DNA of 32,594 bases from a virus (IMGVR_UViG_3300030450_002564:1-32594); one strand, 5' to 3'; counted from the stretch's first letter, positions 1 to 7,569 are shown. Translations and numbers: made by a program. The notes: generated by a model not told the origin, from the sequence alone.

Positions 1-1
1 C

Positions 2-58
2 CCAGTTATTTTAACTAGAATAGTTAGCATGGCAGCATTTGTATTAAGGAAGTCATAA
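2..58 (+). CDS. 3' end of a truncated gene (hydrophobic C-terminus PVILTRIVSMAAFVLRKS)
   Basis: Open frame from the window edge to TAA at 56-58, which overlaps the next ATG (TAATG), the coupling pattern used throughout this genome. Confidence 0.45.
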   Translation, partial: PVILTRIVSMAAFVLRKS

Positions 59-276
59 TGTTTAAAAAGATATGGGCGTGGCTCATTGAAATAATTAAAG
101 AAACTTTGAATCTTAGTTGGACTTTAGTAGGTTTAGTTATTGCTACGCTTACTCTTACTGGTTCAGCACAACAGGTTACAGGTCTTGCGACTTTAATTAC
201 ATTAGGTGTATGGTTATTAACTATAGGATTTAGAAAAGGTAAGAGTGAAGTTGGCAAAAAATCAGCAAGTAGATAG
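58..276 (+). CDS. small membrane protein (two TM helices), possible holin-like or lysis accessory protein
   Basis: 72 aa with two hydrophobic segments (LSWTLVGLVIATLTL, VTGLATLITLGVWLLTIGF) and a basic C-terminus. AAGGAAG upstream; next to the putative endolysin and holin. Confidence 0.7.
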   Translation: MFKKIWAWLIEIIKETLNLSWTLVGLVIATLTLTGSAQQVTGLATLITLGVWLLTIGFRKGKSEVGKKSASR

Positions 277-352
277 TAAGTGTGTATCATATAAAGCTGA
301 GAATGGTTATACAAATGTGACCATTTGTCATTGTAGATACCCAAAAAGATAG
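251..352 (+). CDS. possible 33-aa Cys-containing peptide
   Basis: TTG-start ORF (MAKNQQVDSKCVSYKAENGYTNVTICHCRYPKR) filling the gap between two genes. Short and without further support. Confidence 0.3.
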   Translation: MAKNQQVDSKCVSYKAENGYTNVTICHCRYPKR

Positions 353-360
353 GAGCTAAT

Positions 361-864
361 ATGAAACTACAAGTTATAAGACACCAATTCGGTAAAGATG
401 CAACCAATGGTTTGTTGTTTATTGATGGTGTTTTTGAATGCTATACACTAGAAGATGAGTATAGAGATGTTAAAGTAAAACACGAAACCTGCATACCTGA
501 AGGTACATACGAAATAAAATTAAGGAATGAAGGTGGATTTTCAAATAGATATTTAGGTAAATACGGAGAAGAATTTCATAAAGGTATGCTTCATGTACAA
601 AATGTCCCTGGATTTGAGTGGATTTTGGTGCATCAGGGGAATACCGACGAGCACACCTCAGGTTGCCTGATAATTGGTGATACTCAACAGGATTTAGATG
701 TCAATTTTAATGGATTTGTTGGTAGTTCTAAGGTTGCATATAAGAAAATGTACCCTAAAGTACGAGATGCTTTATTAAATGGTGAGAAAGTTACCATAGA
801 ATATAGTAAAATAAACTTAAGCAAAAAACAAAAAGCTAAATTGAAGTGGAGGATATTAAGTTAA
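361..864 (+). CDS. DUF5675-like (YkuD/L,D-transpeptidase-like) protein, candidate endolysin
   Basis: Motifs T-x-G-x-L-x-IDG-x-F-x-C-x-TLED, ETCIP-x-G-x-Y and ILVHQGNT-x3-TSGCLIIG (His...Cys catalytic pattern). AGGAG RBS; directly upstream of the holin. Confidence 0.75.
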   Translation: MKLQVIRHQFGKDATNGLLFIDGVFECYTLEDEYRDVKVKHETCIPEGTYEIKLRNEGGFSNRYLGKYGEEFHKGMLHVQNVPGFEWILVHQGNTDEHTSGCLIIGDTQQDLDVNFNGFVGSSKVAYKKMYPKVRDALLNGEKVTIEYSKINLSKKQKAKLKWRILS

Positions 865-1142
865 TGTTAAAAAAAGTAAGAGCAAGAACATCTAAAGGTA
901 CATTCAAGAAGGATGCGGCGTGGACCCCTTGGAACGAAGCATGGAGTTATAAGATGAGTGAAGACTTGAAAGATATGATTGAGCGAACAGCTTGGACATT
1001 CGTTGAAGCCTTTATCGGAGCTTTAACTGTCGCTCCATTAGTTGGTATAGACGCTGGAGCACTCCAGTTGGCTGCATTAGCTGGTGGTGGTGCTGCATTA
1101 GCAGTAGTTAAGACATACGCTAAAAAACAAATTTCTAAATAA
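864..1142 (+). CDS. holin (r1t/actinophage-type)
   Basis: ERTAWTFVEAFIGAL motif, two TM segments and a basic tail. ATG at 864 (TAATG overlap, GGAGGA upstream) is preferred over GTG 846; a second RBS+ATG lies at 954. Confidence 0.7.
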   Translation: MLKKVRARTSKGTFKKDAAWTPWNEAWSYKMSEDLKDMIERTAWTFVEAFIGALTVAPLVGIDAGALQLAALAGGGAALAVVKTYAKKQISK

Positions 1143-1197
1143 CATATTTGTCACAGAAGTCCTGTAAACTGTTATTGAACAGGAAAAGGAGGGCTTC

Positions 1198-2382
1198 ATG
1201 TCACATAAAAAGAAACCAATACCTAACGAAATTGGTAACAACTTTTATAAATCAGGTTGGAAACCAGGTATAGAAGTTAATGATTTAACAGGTATCGGTG
1301 AGATTACTCACGTTGGAACAGACCCAGATTTTAAGAGTAAGTATGACGAAATCTTACAAGAATGGGGATTTGACCCTAAAAAATACGAAATAGAAGGTGC
1401 TGTAAAGGTATCATCATGGAATACACAGCTAAAAGGAGGACATGTTGAGACTTTTCATGCTTTTAAAGGCATTGTTAGGAAGAAAAAGCCTGGACATGAC
1501 AAGTATTTTAAAGAATTATTAAAAAAAGCATCTAAAAAACCACCTTTACAAACAAAAATGTATGGTGGAGACACAGCTTTCATGTTTTTTATGTCAGATT
1601 GGCAGATTGGAAAGCGTGATTATGGTGTTGAAGCCATGTTAAATCGTTATGAAATAGCTTTACAAGATGCAGTTGCACGTATTAAACAACTAAGAAGAAT
1701 TGGTGTTGAAATAGATGAGGTGCATTTAGTGGGAATGGGAGACCTCACAGAGAATTGCAGTATGAATTACTTTGATAGCCAACCATTTAATGTTGAACTT
1801 TCTTTAATGGAACAGTATGCACTAGCTAGAAATATGATATTTAATACTGTTGAAACTTTCTTACCTTTAGTAGATAAAGTTATTTTGACAGGAGTTCCAG
1901 GAAATCATGGTGAAATGACAAGAAGTGGTAAAGGGCAGGTTCTTACATCTCGCTTAGATAACTCAGATACAATGCACCTGGAGATAATGAAAGAAATATT
2001 TAATGCTAATAAAGAAAGGTTTAAAAAAGTTAAAGTTGAAATACCTGAAGGCTTTCACATTTCTACTACCGTTAAAGGCATTAGCTGTTCTTATACTCAT
2101 GGTCACATGTCAGGTGGACCAGGCGGTAATCCTGAAAACAAGATAGAAAATTGGTGGAAGGGACAAATGTATGGCTTCCTTCCTGCAGGAGATAGTAAAA
2201 TTTTAGTGACTGCTCATTACCACCACTTCAGAGCAAAGCAACAAGGAGATAGGACTTGGTTTCAATGTGGAAGTTTAGATAAGAGTATAGATTTTACAGA
2301 GAGAACAGGTCTTTGGTCCCATCCAGGAGTGTTGACCTTTACTATTAATGCTAAAGGTTGGGATAACTTAAAGATATTGTGA
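1198..2382 (+). CDS. calcineurin-like metallophosphoesterase (Mre11/SbcD-like fold, actinophage-type)
   Basis: All five metal motifs are visible: SDWQ, GDLTEN, VPGNHG, THGH, AHYHH. AAAGGAGG RBS. Confidence 0.85.
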   Translation: MSHKKKPIPNEIGNNFYKSGWKPGIEVNDLTGIGEITHVGTDPDFKSKYDEILQEWGFDPKKYEIEGAVKVSSWNTQLKGGHVETFHAFKGIVRKKKPGHDKYFKELLKKASKKPPLQTKMYGGDTAFMFFMSDWQIGKRDYGVEAMLNRYEIALQDAVARIKQLRRIGVEIDEVHLVGMGDLTENCSMNYFDSQPFNVELSLMEQYALARNMIFNTVETFLPLVDKVILTGVPGNHGEMTRSGKGQVLTSRLDNSDTMHLEIMKEIFNANKERFKKVKVEIPEGFHISTTVKGISCSYTHGHMSGGPGGNPENKIENWWKGQMYGFLPAGDSKILVTAHYHHFRAKQQGDRTWFQCGSLDKSIDFTERTGLWSHPGVLTFTINAKGWDNLKIL

Positions 2383-2383
2383 T

Positions 2384-2485
2384 TTAGATATTACCTGTTA
2401 CGTGAATACATTTATGAGGTTCGTCTTCCAATAATTCTTGACAATCCTCACAATAATAACTTTGTCCAGGAACTGGGTGGCTCAA
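2384..2485 (-). CDS. possible 33-aa Zn-binding peptide
   Basis: TTG start overlapping the upstream TGA; YYCEDC...HKCIH pattern. Would be the last gene of the leftward operon. Confidence 0.35.
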   Translation of the reverse strand: MSHPVPGQSYYCEDCQELLEDEPHKCIHVTGNI

Positions 2486-2715
2486 TACATATCCTGACGT
2501 GCTTGATATTCTAATTGTTCCATATATAAGTCATGGTCGCATTTTGTTCTTGGGTCATAAGGACTCATACCATGTCGTCTTTCAAATACTTTATCATAGA
2601 CTTTCCTAGTTAACCTATGGGCAGTTTTTTTAACTTTTGTTTCTCTTGGATAGTCAAGTTTTTCTAATATATCTCCTAATCTATTCAAGATAAATTTATA
2701 AATACTATCCATCAT
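2482..2715 (-). CDS. hypothetical protein
   Basis: 77-aa ORF with ATGA overlap with the upstream gene and GAGGA RBS. Confidence 0.7.
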   Translation of the reverse strand: MMDSIYKFILNRLGDILEKLDYPRETKVKKTAHRLTRKVYDKVFERRHGMSPYDPRTKCDHDLYMEQLEYQARQDMY

Positions 2716-3020
2716 TCTTCCTCTTCATTTTTCATAAGTCCTTTTAGTCTTTCAACTTCCTCTTTAGGCAGACCTTTAAACATTTCTTCTAGTTCTTTTT
2801 GTGTTGGCTTTCCATCTCTTTTTTGCATCTCAACAGCCATTAAATTAACATTGTAATCTTTTATAAATTTATCTATTAATGCCTGAAGTTTAGAAACATT
2901 GGGTTGCTGTCCTGTTATTAAACTTCCACAAGACTCCGATACTTCCATTGCCCACTCTTTCATAACTTGTGGATGTTGGAATAAGTTAGGTTTATTTTTT
3001 ATTTTCTTTTTCTTAGCCAT
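2712..3020 (-). CDS. hypothetical protein
   Basis: 102-aa ORF with AAAGGAG RBS, abutting its neighbours. Confidence 0.75.
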   Translation of the reverse strand: MAKKKKIKNKPNLFQHPQVMKEWAMEVSESCGSLITGQQPNVSKLQALIDKFIKDYNVNLMAVEMQKRDGKPTQKELEEMFKGLPKEEVERLKGLMKNEEEE

Positions 3021-3317
3021 TTAAAAAGCTCCTTTCTTCATAAGCTCCTTTTGTTCAGCAGTTCTAATAACTGCGTAACAAGTTTTTATTTTGTAGATAG
3101 TCCAATTTTCCTCTGTAACTTCTTTATATTGTTTTATACAAAAGTCATTACCGTCCATATCTGTTGCCCATTCTTTAGGTTTATCATTTTTTAAACTACA
3201 GAAATGCTTTCTTCTTGGTTTACTTTTTTCAGTAAAATCATGGTCAGGATAGCGTTTCTGTAGTTTGTTAATAAGTTTATCTAATCCGTGTGATATAAGT
3301 TCTAAATCATTTGCCAT
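3021..3317 (-). CDS. hypothetical protein
   Basis: 98-aa ORF with TAATG overlap and AAGG RBS. Confidence 0.75.
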   Translation of the reverse strand: MANDLELISHGLDKLINKLQKRYPDHDFTEKSKPRRKHFCSLKNDKPKEWATDMDGNDFCIKQYKEVTEENWTIYKIKTCYAVIRTAEQKELMKKGAF

Positions 3318-4243
3318 TAGCTAACCTTATCATTCCAATTAGTAATAATTTCACTAGCTTGTGTCCCTGTTAGGTTTCCATCTCCATAGATTGCTTTAAG
3401 TTCTTTAACACTATCTGCGTCAAGTTTATCTTGTGCTTTTCTCATAATGTCATTAACCCATTTCATTTGACCTTCACTAGCAGGATTTTCTCCTCCATAA
3501 TTACTCATTTCTCCACCTCCTTCTTCAATCTCTTCTGTTTCAAATACTTCATTTACATTATTAATATTACCTGTTGTTCCTTGATACATCTGCTCAAATT
3601 CATCAAGAAATTGAGTCATCATATCAGCAGACCATTTCTCTACATCTTCCATGAAGTCATCTTCAGCAACAAGTCTTGAGTAAACAGTTGCTTGTATTTC
3701 CTTGCGTTGCTTTTCATCACTACAAATTTCTTGCATAACATGATTCATTTGCTCTGCATTTTTCTTACTGTTTCCTGTTGGTGTCTTTGGCTCTGACACC
3801 ATTTCATTAGCTATTTTTTCCATATTTGCTTTCTCTTCTTCAGTAGGTTTATTCTCTTTCTTTCGCATATCAACTTTTTCTACTTTGACTTTGTCGTCTT
3901 TAAATTTCTGAGTCTTAGCCATTTCCTGCATAGAAGGTCTTTTCTTACCACTACCTTGATAGTTCCAATTAGCTAAAGCTCTACCGATAGCAGAAGTTTC
4001 GCAGTTTTCAACCCATGAAGTGTTATTTACATAAGCATTACCTTGTCCTTTAGTTTCTTCTGCTATGCCAGTTGATACAGGATTAACATCATTAATATCT
4101 TTATAAACTAAAGCTCTGATAACAATCACTTTTGCATCTTCTGAAGTGTATGTTGGCTCTGTTAATATTCTTCCGTTTGGATTATCTTTCCAAAACTTAA
4201 TTAACCTATCCTCTACATTTTCGTACTCGTCTTGCCATGCCAT
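3317..4243 (-). CDS. single-strand annealing protein / recombinase (Rad52/Sak-like)
   Basis: N-terminal domain with Y-x2-V-x-DR-x3-F, TG-x-AEE and ENCETSAIGRALA, typical of phage Rad52-like SSAPs. Acidic linker and C-terminal PASEGQ...LT-x3-AS-x2-I helical motif. AAAGGAGG RBS. Confidence 0.7.
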   Translation of the reverse strand: MAWQDEYENVEDRLIKFWKDNPNGRILTEPTYTSEDAKVIVIRALVYKDINDVNPVSTGIAEETKGQGNAYVNNTSWVENCETSAIGRALANWNYQGSGKKRPSMQEMAKTQKFKDDKVKVEKVDMRKKENKPTEEEKANMEKIANEMVSEPKTPTGNSKKNAEQMNHVMQEICSDEKQRKEIQATVYSRLVAEDDFMEDVEKWSADMMTQFLDEFEQMYQGTTGNINNVNEVFETEEIEEGGGEMSNYGGENPASEGQMKWVNDIMRKAQDKLDADSVKELKAIYGDGNLTGTQASEIITNWNDKVS

Positions 4244-4494
4244 TACTTATCCTCCTTTGACAATATCCTATAAACTCTTTGTCTTGTTATATTAAAAACT
4301 TTTGCAACTGCTGACACAGACCAACCAATGTCTATTAGAAATTCCATAAGTTTTTTCCTTTCACTTGTAACTTGGATTCTTTCTTTTGTATTATCTACAA
4401 TTTCTTTGTTTATAAAATCACAAGTTAAATTGATTATTGAATCAGATGAGTTTTCATTTAATTCTTTACCATATATTTTTACTTCTTTAACCAC
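4243..4494 (-). CDS. helix-turn-helix DNA-binding protein
   Basis: C-terminal GWSVSAVAKVFNITRQRVYRIL is a classic HTH. AAAGGAGG RBS before the GTG start. Confidence 0.8.
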   Translation of the reverse strand: MVKEVKIYGKELNENSSDSIINLTCDFINKEIVDNTKERIQVTSERKKLMEFLIDIGWSVSAVAKVFNITRQRVYRILSKEDK

Positions 4495-4528
4495 ATTCCT
4501 CCTTTAAAAAAATCAGTTATTCTAAAAC

Positions 4529-4690
4529 TTATATCTTTATAAGTTCATTATCCTCTCTTAACACTTGCGTTGAGAAGTGTTTTTGAGGATAGTCTTTCAA
4601 CCTTGACACAATTTTCAAGGTTTCTGCGTATGACTCACAGAAAAATTGTTTCTGCGTTCCATCTATGCTCGTTGTTATTATTGTGAACAT
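4529..4690 (-). CDS. hypothetical 53-aa protein
   Basis: ATG ORF (MFTIITTSIDGTQKQFF...ELIKI) filling the gap in the leftward operon; weak RBS. Confidence 0.45.
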   Translation of the reverse strand: MFTIITTSIDGTQKQFFCESYAETLKIVSRLKDYPQKHFSTQVLREDNELIKI

Positions 4691-4716
4691 CTATTTACTA
4701 TGTTAATAGCTATTTT

Positions 4717-5004
4717 CTATTTTGTAAACAGTTTCAACTCTTCTTTTGGTGTTGCAAGTAACCTATATTTGCTGTCTTTTCCTCCACCAAGAGTTTCTAT
4801 TATCCAATTATCTTGTCTTAAATTAAACAGAATACCACCATGCCTTGTCATTCTTAGCTTAAATGTAAGTTCATAGTTTGCTAATGGTCTATCATCTCTA
4901 AAAGTTACTAATGCCCACTCGTATAAATCTCTTTGAGTTTTAATTGTATCTTTAGGAACTTCAATACCTCTAAAATAATCAACACATTCTCTACTAATAG
5001 CCAT
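4717..5004 (-). CDS. winged helix-turn-helix-like protein
   Basis: LRMTRHGGILFNLRQDNWIIET resembles the phage winged-HTH pattern R-x4-I-x2-LR-x4-I-x-T. TAATG coupling. Confidence 0.6.
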   Translation of the reverse strand: MAISRECVDYFRGIEVPKDTIKTQRDLYEWALVTFRDDRPLANYELTFKLRMTRHGGILFNLRQDNWIIETLGGGKDSKYRLLATPKEELKLFTK

Positions 5005-5156
5005 TATGCTTCCACCATTACCTCTCTATCCGTAACTTTGTGCATATAAGCATTGTCTCTTTCTTCTTCCATATCATCAATAGCTTGTTCTTTGTTGTCT
5101 GCTTCAACAACCCATTTTTTAGTTACAATTTCATAAATAATAAATTCTTTAGCCAT
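5004..5156 (-). CDS. hypothetical 50-aa protein
   Basis: MAKEFIIYEIVTKKWVVEADNKEQAI... with TAATG overlaps at both ends; not in the ORF track (<60 aa). Confidence 0.65.
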   Translation of the reverse strand: MAKEFIIYEIVTKKWVVEADNKEQAIDDMEEERDNAYMHKVTDREVMVEA

Positions 5157-5365
5157 TATTTACCTACTTTCTTTAACGATTTTCTTGAACAGGCAAAGCA
5201 AACACCTAATCGTGCTTGACCCATTGCTATTTTGTCTTCTCTTACCCAATGATTACCCAATGGTGCAAATTCCTCACACCACCAATGTTTACCACAATCA
5301 CAATCATTAGGAGAGTCATTTTCAGAACTACAATCTTGTAATTCCATTTTTATTCCAATAGCCAT
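5156..5365 (-). CDS. Cys-rich hypothetical protein (possible Zn-binding)
   Basis: CDCGKH...CFAC; TAATG coupling. Confidence 0.65.
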   Translation of the reverse strand: MAIGIKMELQDCSSENDSPNDCDCGKHWWCEEFAPLGNHWVREDKIAMGQARLGVCFACSRKSLKKVGK

Positions 5366-5508
5366 TACTCTTCCTTTTTAATTAGTGTTATTGTGTCGTA
5401 TCTTTCATCAATAGATAAGTTCTCATTTATATAATCACTTTGATAATCATACAAATTTCCATAGCCGTCTTGTAATGTAATTTTATGAACATAATATTCT
5501 TTAGCCAT
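5365..5508 (-). CDS. hypothetical 47-aa protein
   Basis: MAKEYYVHKITLQDGYG...KKEE with TAATG overlaps at both ends and GAGGA RBS. Confidence 0.65.
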   Translation of the reverse strand: MAKEYYVHKITLQDGYGNLYDYQSDYINENLSIDERYDTITLIKKEE

Positions 5509-5654
5509 TATTTATTCCTCCTCTTTAATATTCTGCTTACTCTTTTATATAAGTCATCATATTTATTAAATAGTTCATCAGTAATCATTCCATCTTCATC
5601 ACATTTGAACACGCCTTCCAACTCTTCTATAATTATGTCATCTATATGTGCCAT
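5508..5654 (-). CDS. hypothetical 48-aa protein
   Basis: MAHIDDIIIEELEGVF...; TAATG overlaps and GAGGA RBS. Confidence 0.65.
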   Translation of the reverse strand: MAHIDDIIIEELEGVFKCDEDGMITDELFNKYDDLYKRVSRILKRRNK

Positions 5655-5899
5655 TACTCTTCCTCTCCAAACATTTCAATAAAACATCTTGGGTGTGTTC
5701 CTGTCATTATTTGTTCTCTATAATCTTTATGAATATAAGGGAACAAGTCTTGAACTAATGGTCTAAGATGTCTTGAAGTATATTTCCATATTTTATAATC
5801 TTGTTTTCTAACTCTAACGTATCCATGTGTTCCACAATGAATACATCTAGGGGTAAATAACATTGTCCATTCATCAGCTTTTGGTTTTCCTAAACTCAT
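5654..5899 (-). CDS. small Zn-finger-like phage protein
   Basis: TPRCIHCG ... REQIMTGTHPRC (CxxC...HxxC); coupled to its neighbours. Confidence 0.7.
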   Translation of the reverse strand: MSLGKPKADEWTMLFTPRCIHCGTHGYVRVRKQDYKIWKYTSRHLRPLVQDLFPYIHKDYREQIMTGTHPRCFIEMFGEEE

Positions 5900-6054
5900 T
5901 ACTTACTTCCTAGTTGTGCTATTTGAATATCAATAAGTCTTTTTTGTATGACTAATGTATTACAAGCACCACAACACCTGCCTTTAGCTAATGGCTCTGC
6001 GTTGTGATTATCTATTCCAACAAGTATCTTTCCACATATAGAACATTTACTCAT
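5899..6054 (-). CDS. 51-aa Zn-finger-like protein
   Basis: MSKCSICGK...NAEPLAKGRCCGACN (CxxC...CCxxC); GAGGAAG RBS; stop overlaps the next ATG. Confidence 0.7.
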   Translation of the reverse strand: MSKCSICGKILVGIDNHNAEPLAKGRCCGACNTLVIQKRLIDIQIAQLGSK

Positions 6055-6172
6055 TCTTCCTCTTTTCTTTTTTTAATCCTATCCATACAGCTACATCAGT
6101 AGTTTGATGTAACAACCAACCTATAACAAAAGTAGTCAATGCTATGCTTAGTGTTTGTAATTCAGGGCTCAT
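6047..6172 (-). CDS. 41-aa single-TM membrane peptide
   Basis: MSPELQTLSIALTTFVIGWLLH...KKEKRKNE; TAATG overlap with the SGNH gene and AAAGG RBS. Confidence 0.55.
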   Translation of the reverse strand: MSPELQTLSIALTTFVIGWLLHQTTDVAVWIGLKKEKRKNE

Positions 6173-7017
6173 TAGATACCTTTCAGTTCTTTAAAGGCGT
6201 TGTTGTACCATAACCAACTAAAGATTTGCTTACCTATTCGTTTAGCACCTTTATCATTTGGCTCAATATCGTTGTAGTAGCAAGTTTCGTCCATTACATT
6301 TCTTGTATCAACTACTTCTACATAATCTAAATCACTTGCTAAACGATATAATCTATCGTTCCACATTGATATTACAGTTTCAACTATATCTTCAATTCCT
6401 TGAAATTGGCTGTTGTCGTATGCTGGGTTTCCGTCATAAACAGTTAACAGCATAAACTTTCTGCCTTTTTTCTTTAGTTTTCCAATAACTGTTTTGTAAG
6501 CACTCAAATATTTGTCTAATTCTCTATTTAATAGTGCTAACATTTCGTTAGTGTCAACTTGTTTTGATAATAAAGGTAAAGCACCTAATAAATCGTTTCC
6601 ACCTGCTGAGATAACAACATACTCCGAGTTGTCGTTTACATCTTTGCAACTATCAAGCACGTTATATATTGTGTATCCATCAACAGTTTGGTCGTTTACT
6701 AGCTCTTCCTTATCCTTTTTACTAATTCCTTGTATTTGGATATTATCTAACATAAAGTCAATAGTTGTCTTATTTGACTTTGTGTAAGCATCACAGTCTA
6801 AAATACTATCTCCTAAAAAAGTTATTTTTGCTTTTTCGTTTATAGTTCTAATAGAATTGAAGTGTCCAAAACTATTCATTAGTTTTATATCCTCATTATC
6901 AAATTTATTATAGTTAATTTCGTTACTTGGTCGTAAATTTTGAACTATTCCGTTTTCGTCTAGTTCGTATTCACTTCCACTCCACTCATCAACAAATAAT
7001 TCATTATTATCTGACAA
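6172..7017 (-). CDS. SGNH/GDSL-family hydrolase (esterase/acyltransferase-like)
   Basis: Block I FLGDS, block II DG, block III SAGGND, block V NDIEPN. Start moved to TTG 7017 (AGAGGA RBS just upstream) because the longer 7116 frame runs through the hairpin array. Confidence 0.8.
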   Translation of the reverse strand: MSDNNELFVDEWSGSEYELDENGIVQNLRPSNEINYNKFDNEDIKLMNSFGHFNSIRTINEKAKITFLGDSILDCDAYTKSNKTTIDFMLDNIQIQGISKKDKEELVNDQTVDGYTIYNVLDSCKDVNDNSEYVVISAGGNDLLGALPLLSKQVDTNEMLALLNRELDKYLSAYKTVIGKLKKKGRKFMLLTVYDGNPAYDNSQFQGIEDIVETVISMWNDRLYRLASDLDYVEVVDTRNVMDETCYYNDIEPNDKGAKRIGKQIFSWLWYNNAFKELKGI

Positions 7018-7051
7018 TTTTTCCTCTTTTCTTTTACTTAACCTGCTATCA

Positions 7052-7474
7052 ATAGATAGCTTGTAACACACAGACACAGTTTTCTCTGCTTGTTTCAAGG
7101 AAGTTTCAACCTGCACTAATCTAGTTGTTTAATCTATAGTTAGTGTACTGTTAGTTTCCTATGTGCTACAAGCTACCTACTGCAACTTTAACGTGTTGCA
7201 TAAAACCCACGTGAATTAGGTTTATAGATAGCTTGTAACACACAACTTGGTTAACAGCAAATTTTAGTTAACATTCCAGTGCACCTCGCTACAAGTATGT
7301 GCTACAAGCTACCTACAGAACTTGGATACTACCAACACACCTATACGTATTGGGCAAGGTTCAGTAAGTTCAAATTTCCCCTCGCTTATCCCTTATAGAT
7401 AGCTTGTAACATACTAGGGTGCAGTCTGCTTTATTATAATTACTTTGTAACCTAATATGCTACAAGCTACCTAC
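7052..7474 (-). repeat. array of three inverted-repeat cassettes with a conserved 20-bp stem and variable inserts; candidate structured ncRNA array
   Basis: ATAGATAGCTTGTAACA(C/T)AC at 7052-7071, 7224-7243, 7395-7414 and AT(G/A)TGCTACAAGCTACCTAC at 7161-7180, 7297-7316, 7455-7474. All four mismatches per stem are G-U on the minus strand; copy 3 has a compensatory change. Confidence 0.9.
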
Positions 7475-7560
7475 CGCTTTCAGTCGTAAGACCAACAGGG
7501 CTGTGTTTACTTACTCTTACTCACGATAGATAACTTTTTTATCTGTCTTTCATATTATTA

Positions 7561-7569
7561 AATATAACA
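7561..7569 (-). promoter_or_regulatory. possible extended -10 promoter (TGtTATATT) upstream of the hairpin array
   Basis: TGn + TATATT on the minus strand about 90 nt before the first cassette. The region is AT-rich, so a chance match is possible. Confidence 0.35.

Noticed and set aside
24-407. 127-aa minus-strand ORF and the other antisense or alternate-frame ORFs in the track (e.g. 3431, 4646, 5485, 6258, 6512, 9513, 9520, 10150, 14697, 15081, 19482, 21637, 23133, 27000, 31830)
   Set aside because: They are shadows of better-supported genes, with no RBS, an atypical composition and no motifs.
7018-7116. N-terminal 33 codons of the 314-aa ORF
   Set aside because: They overlap the first hairpin cassette and lack an RBS. 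TTG at 7017 has a good SD.
7052-7474. CRISPR array, TIGR array or integron attC cassettes as the explanation for the repeats
   Set aside because: The repeats alternate as inverted arms with 40-89 nt gaps rather than equal-spaced direct repeats. There are no box C/D motifs and no RYYYAAC/GTTRRRY ends, and no cas, Nop-domain or integrase gene is visible.
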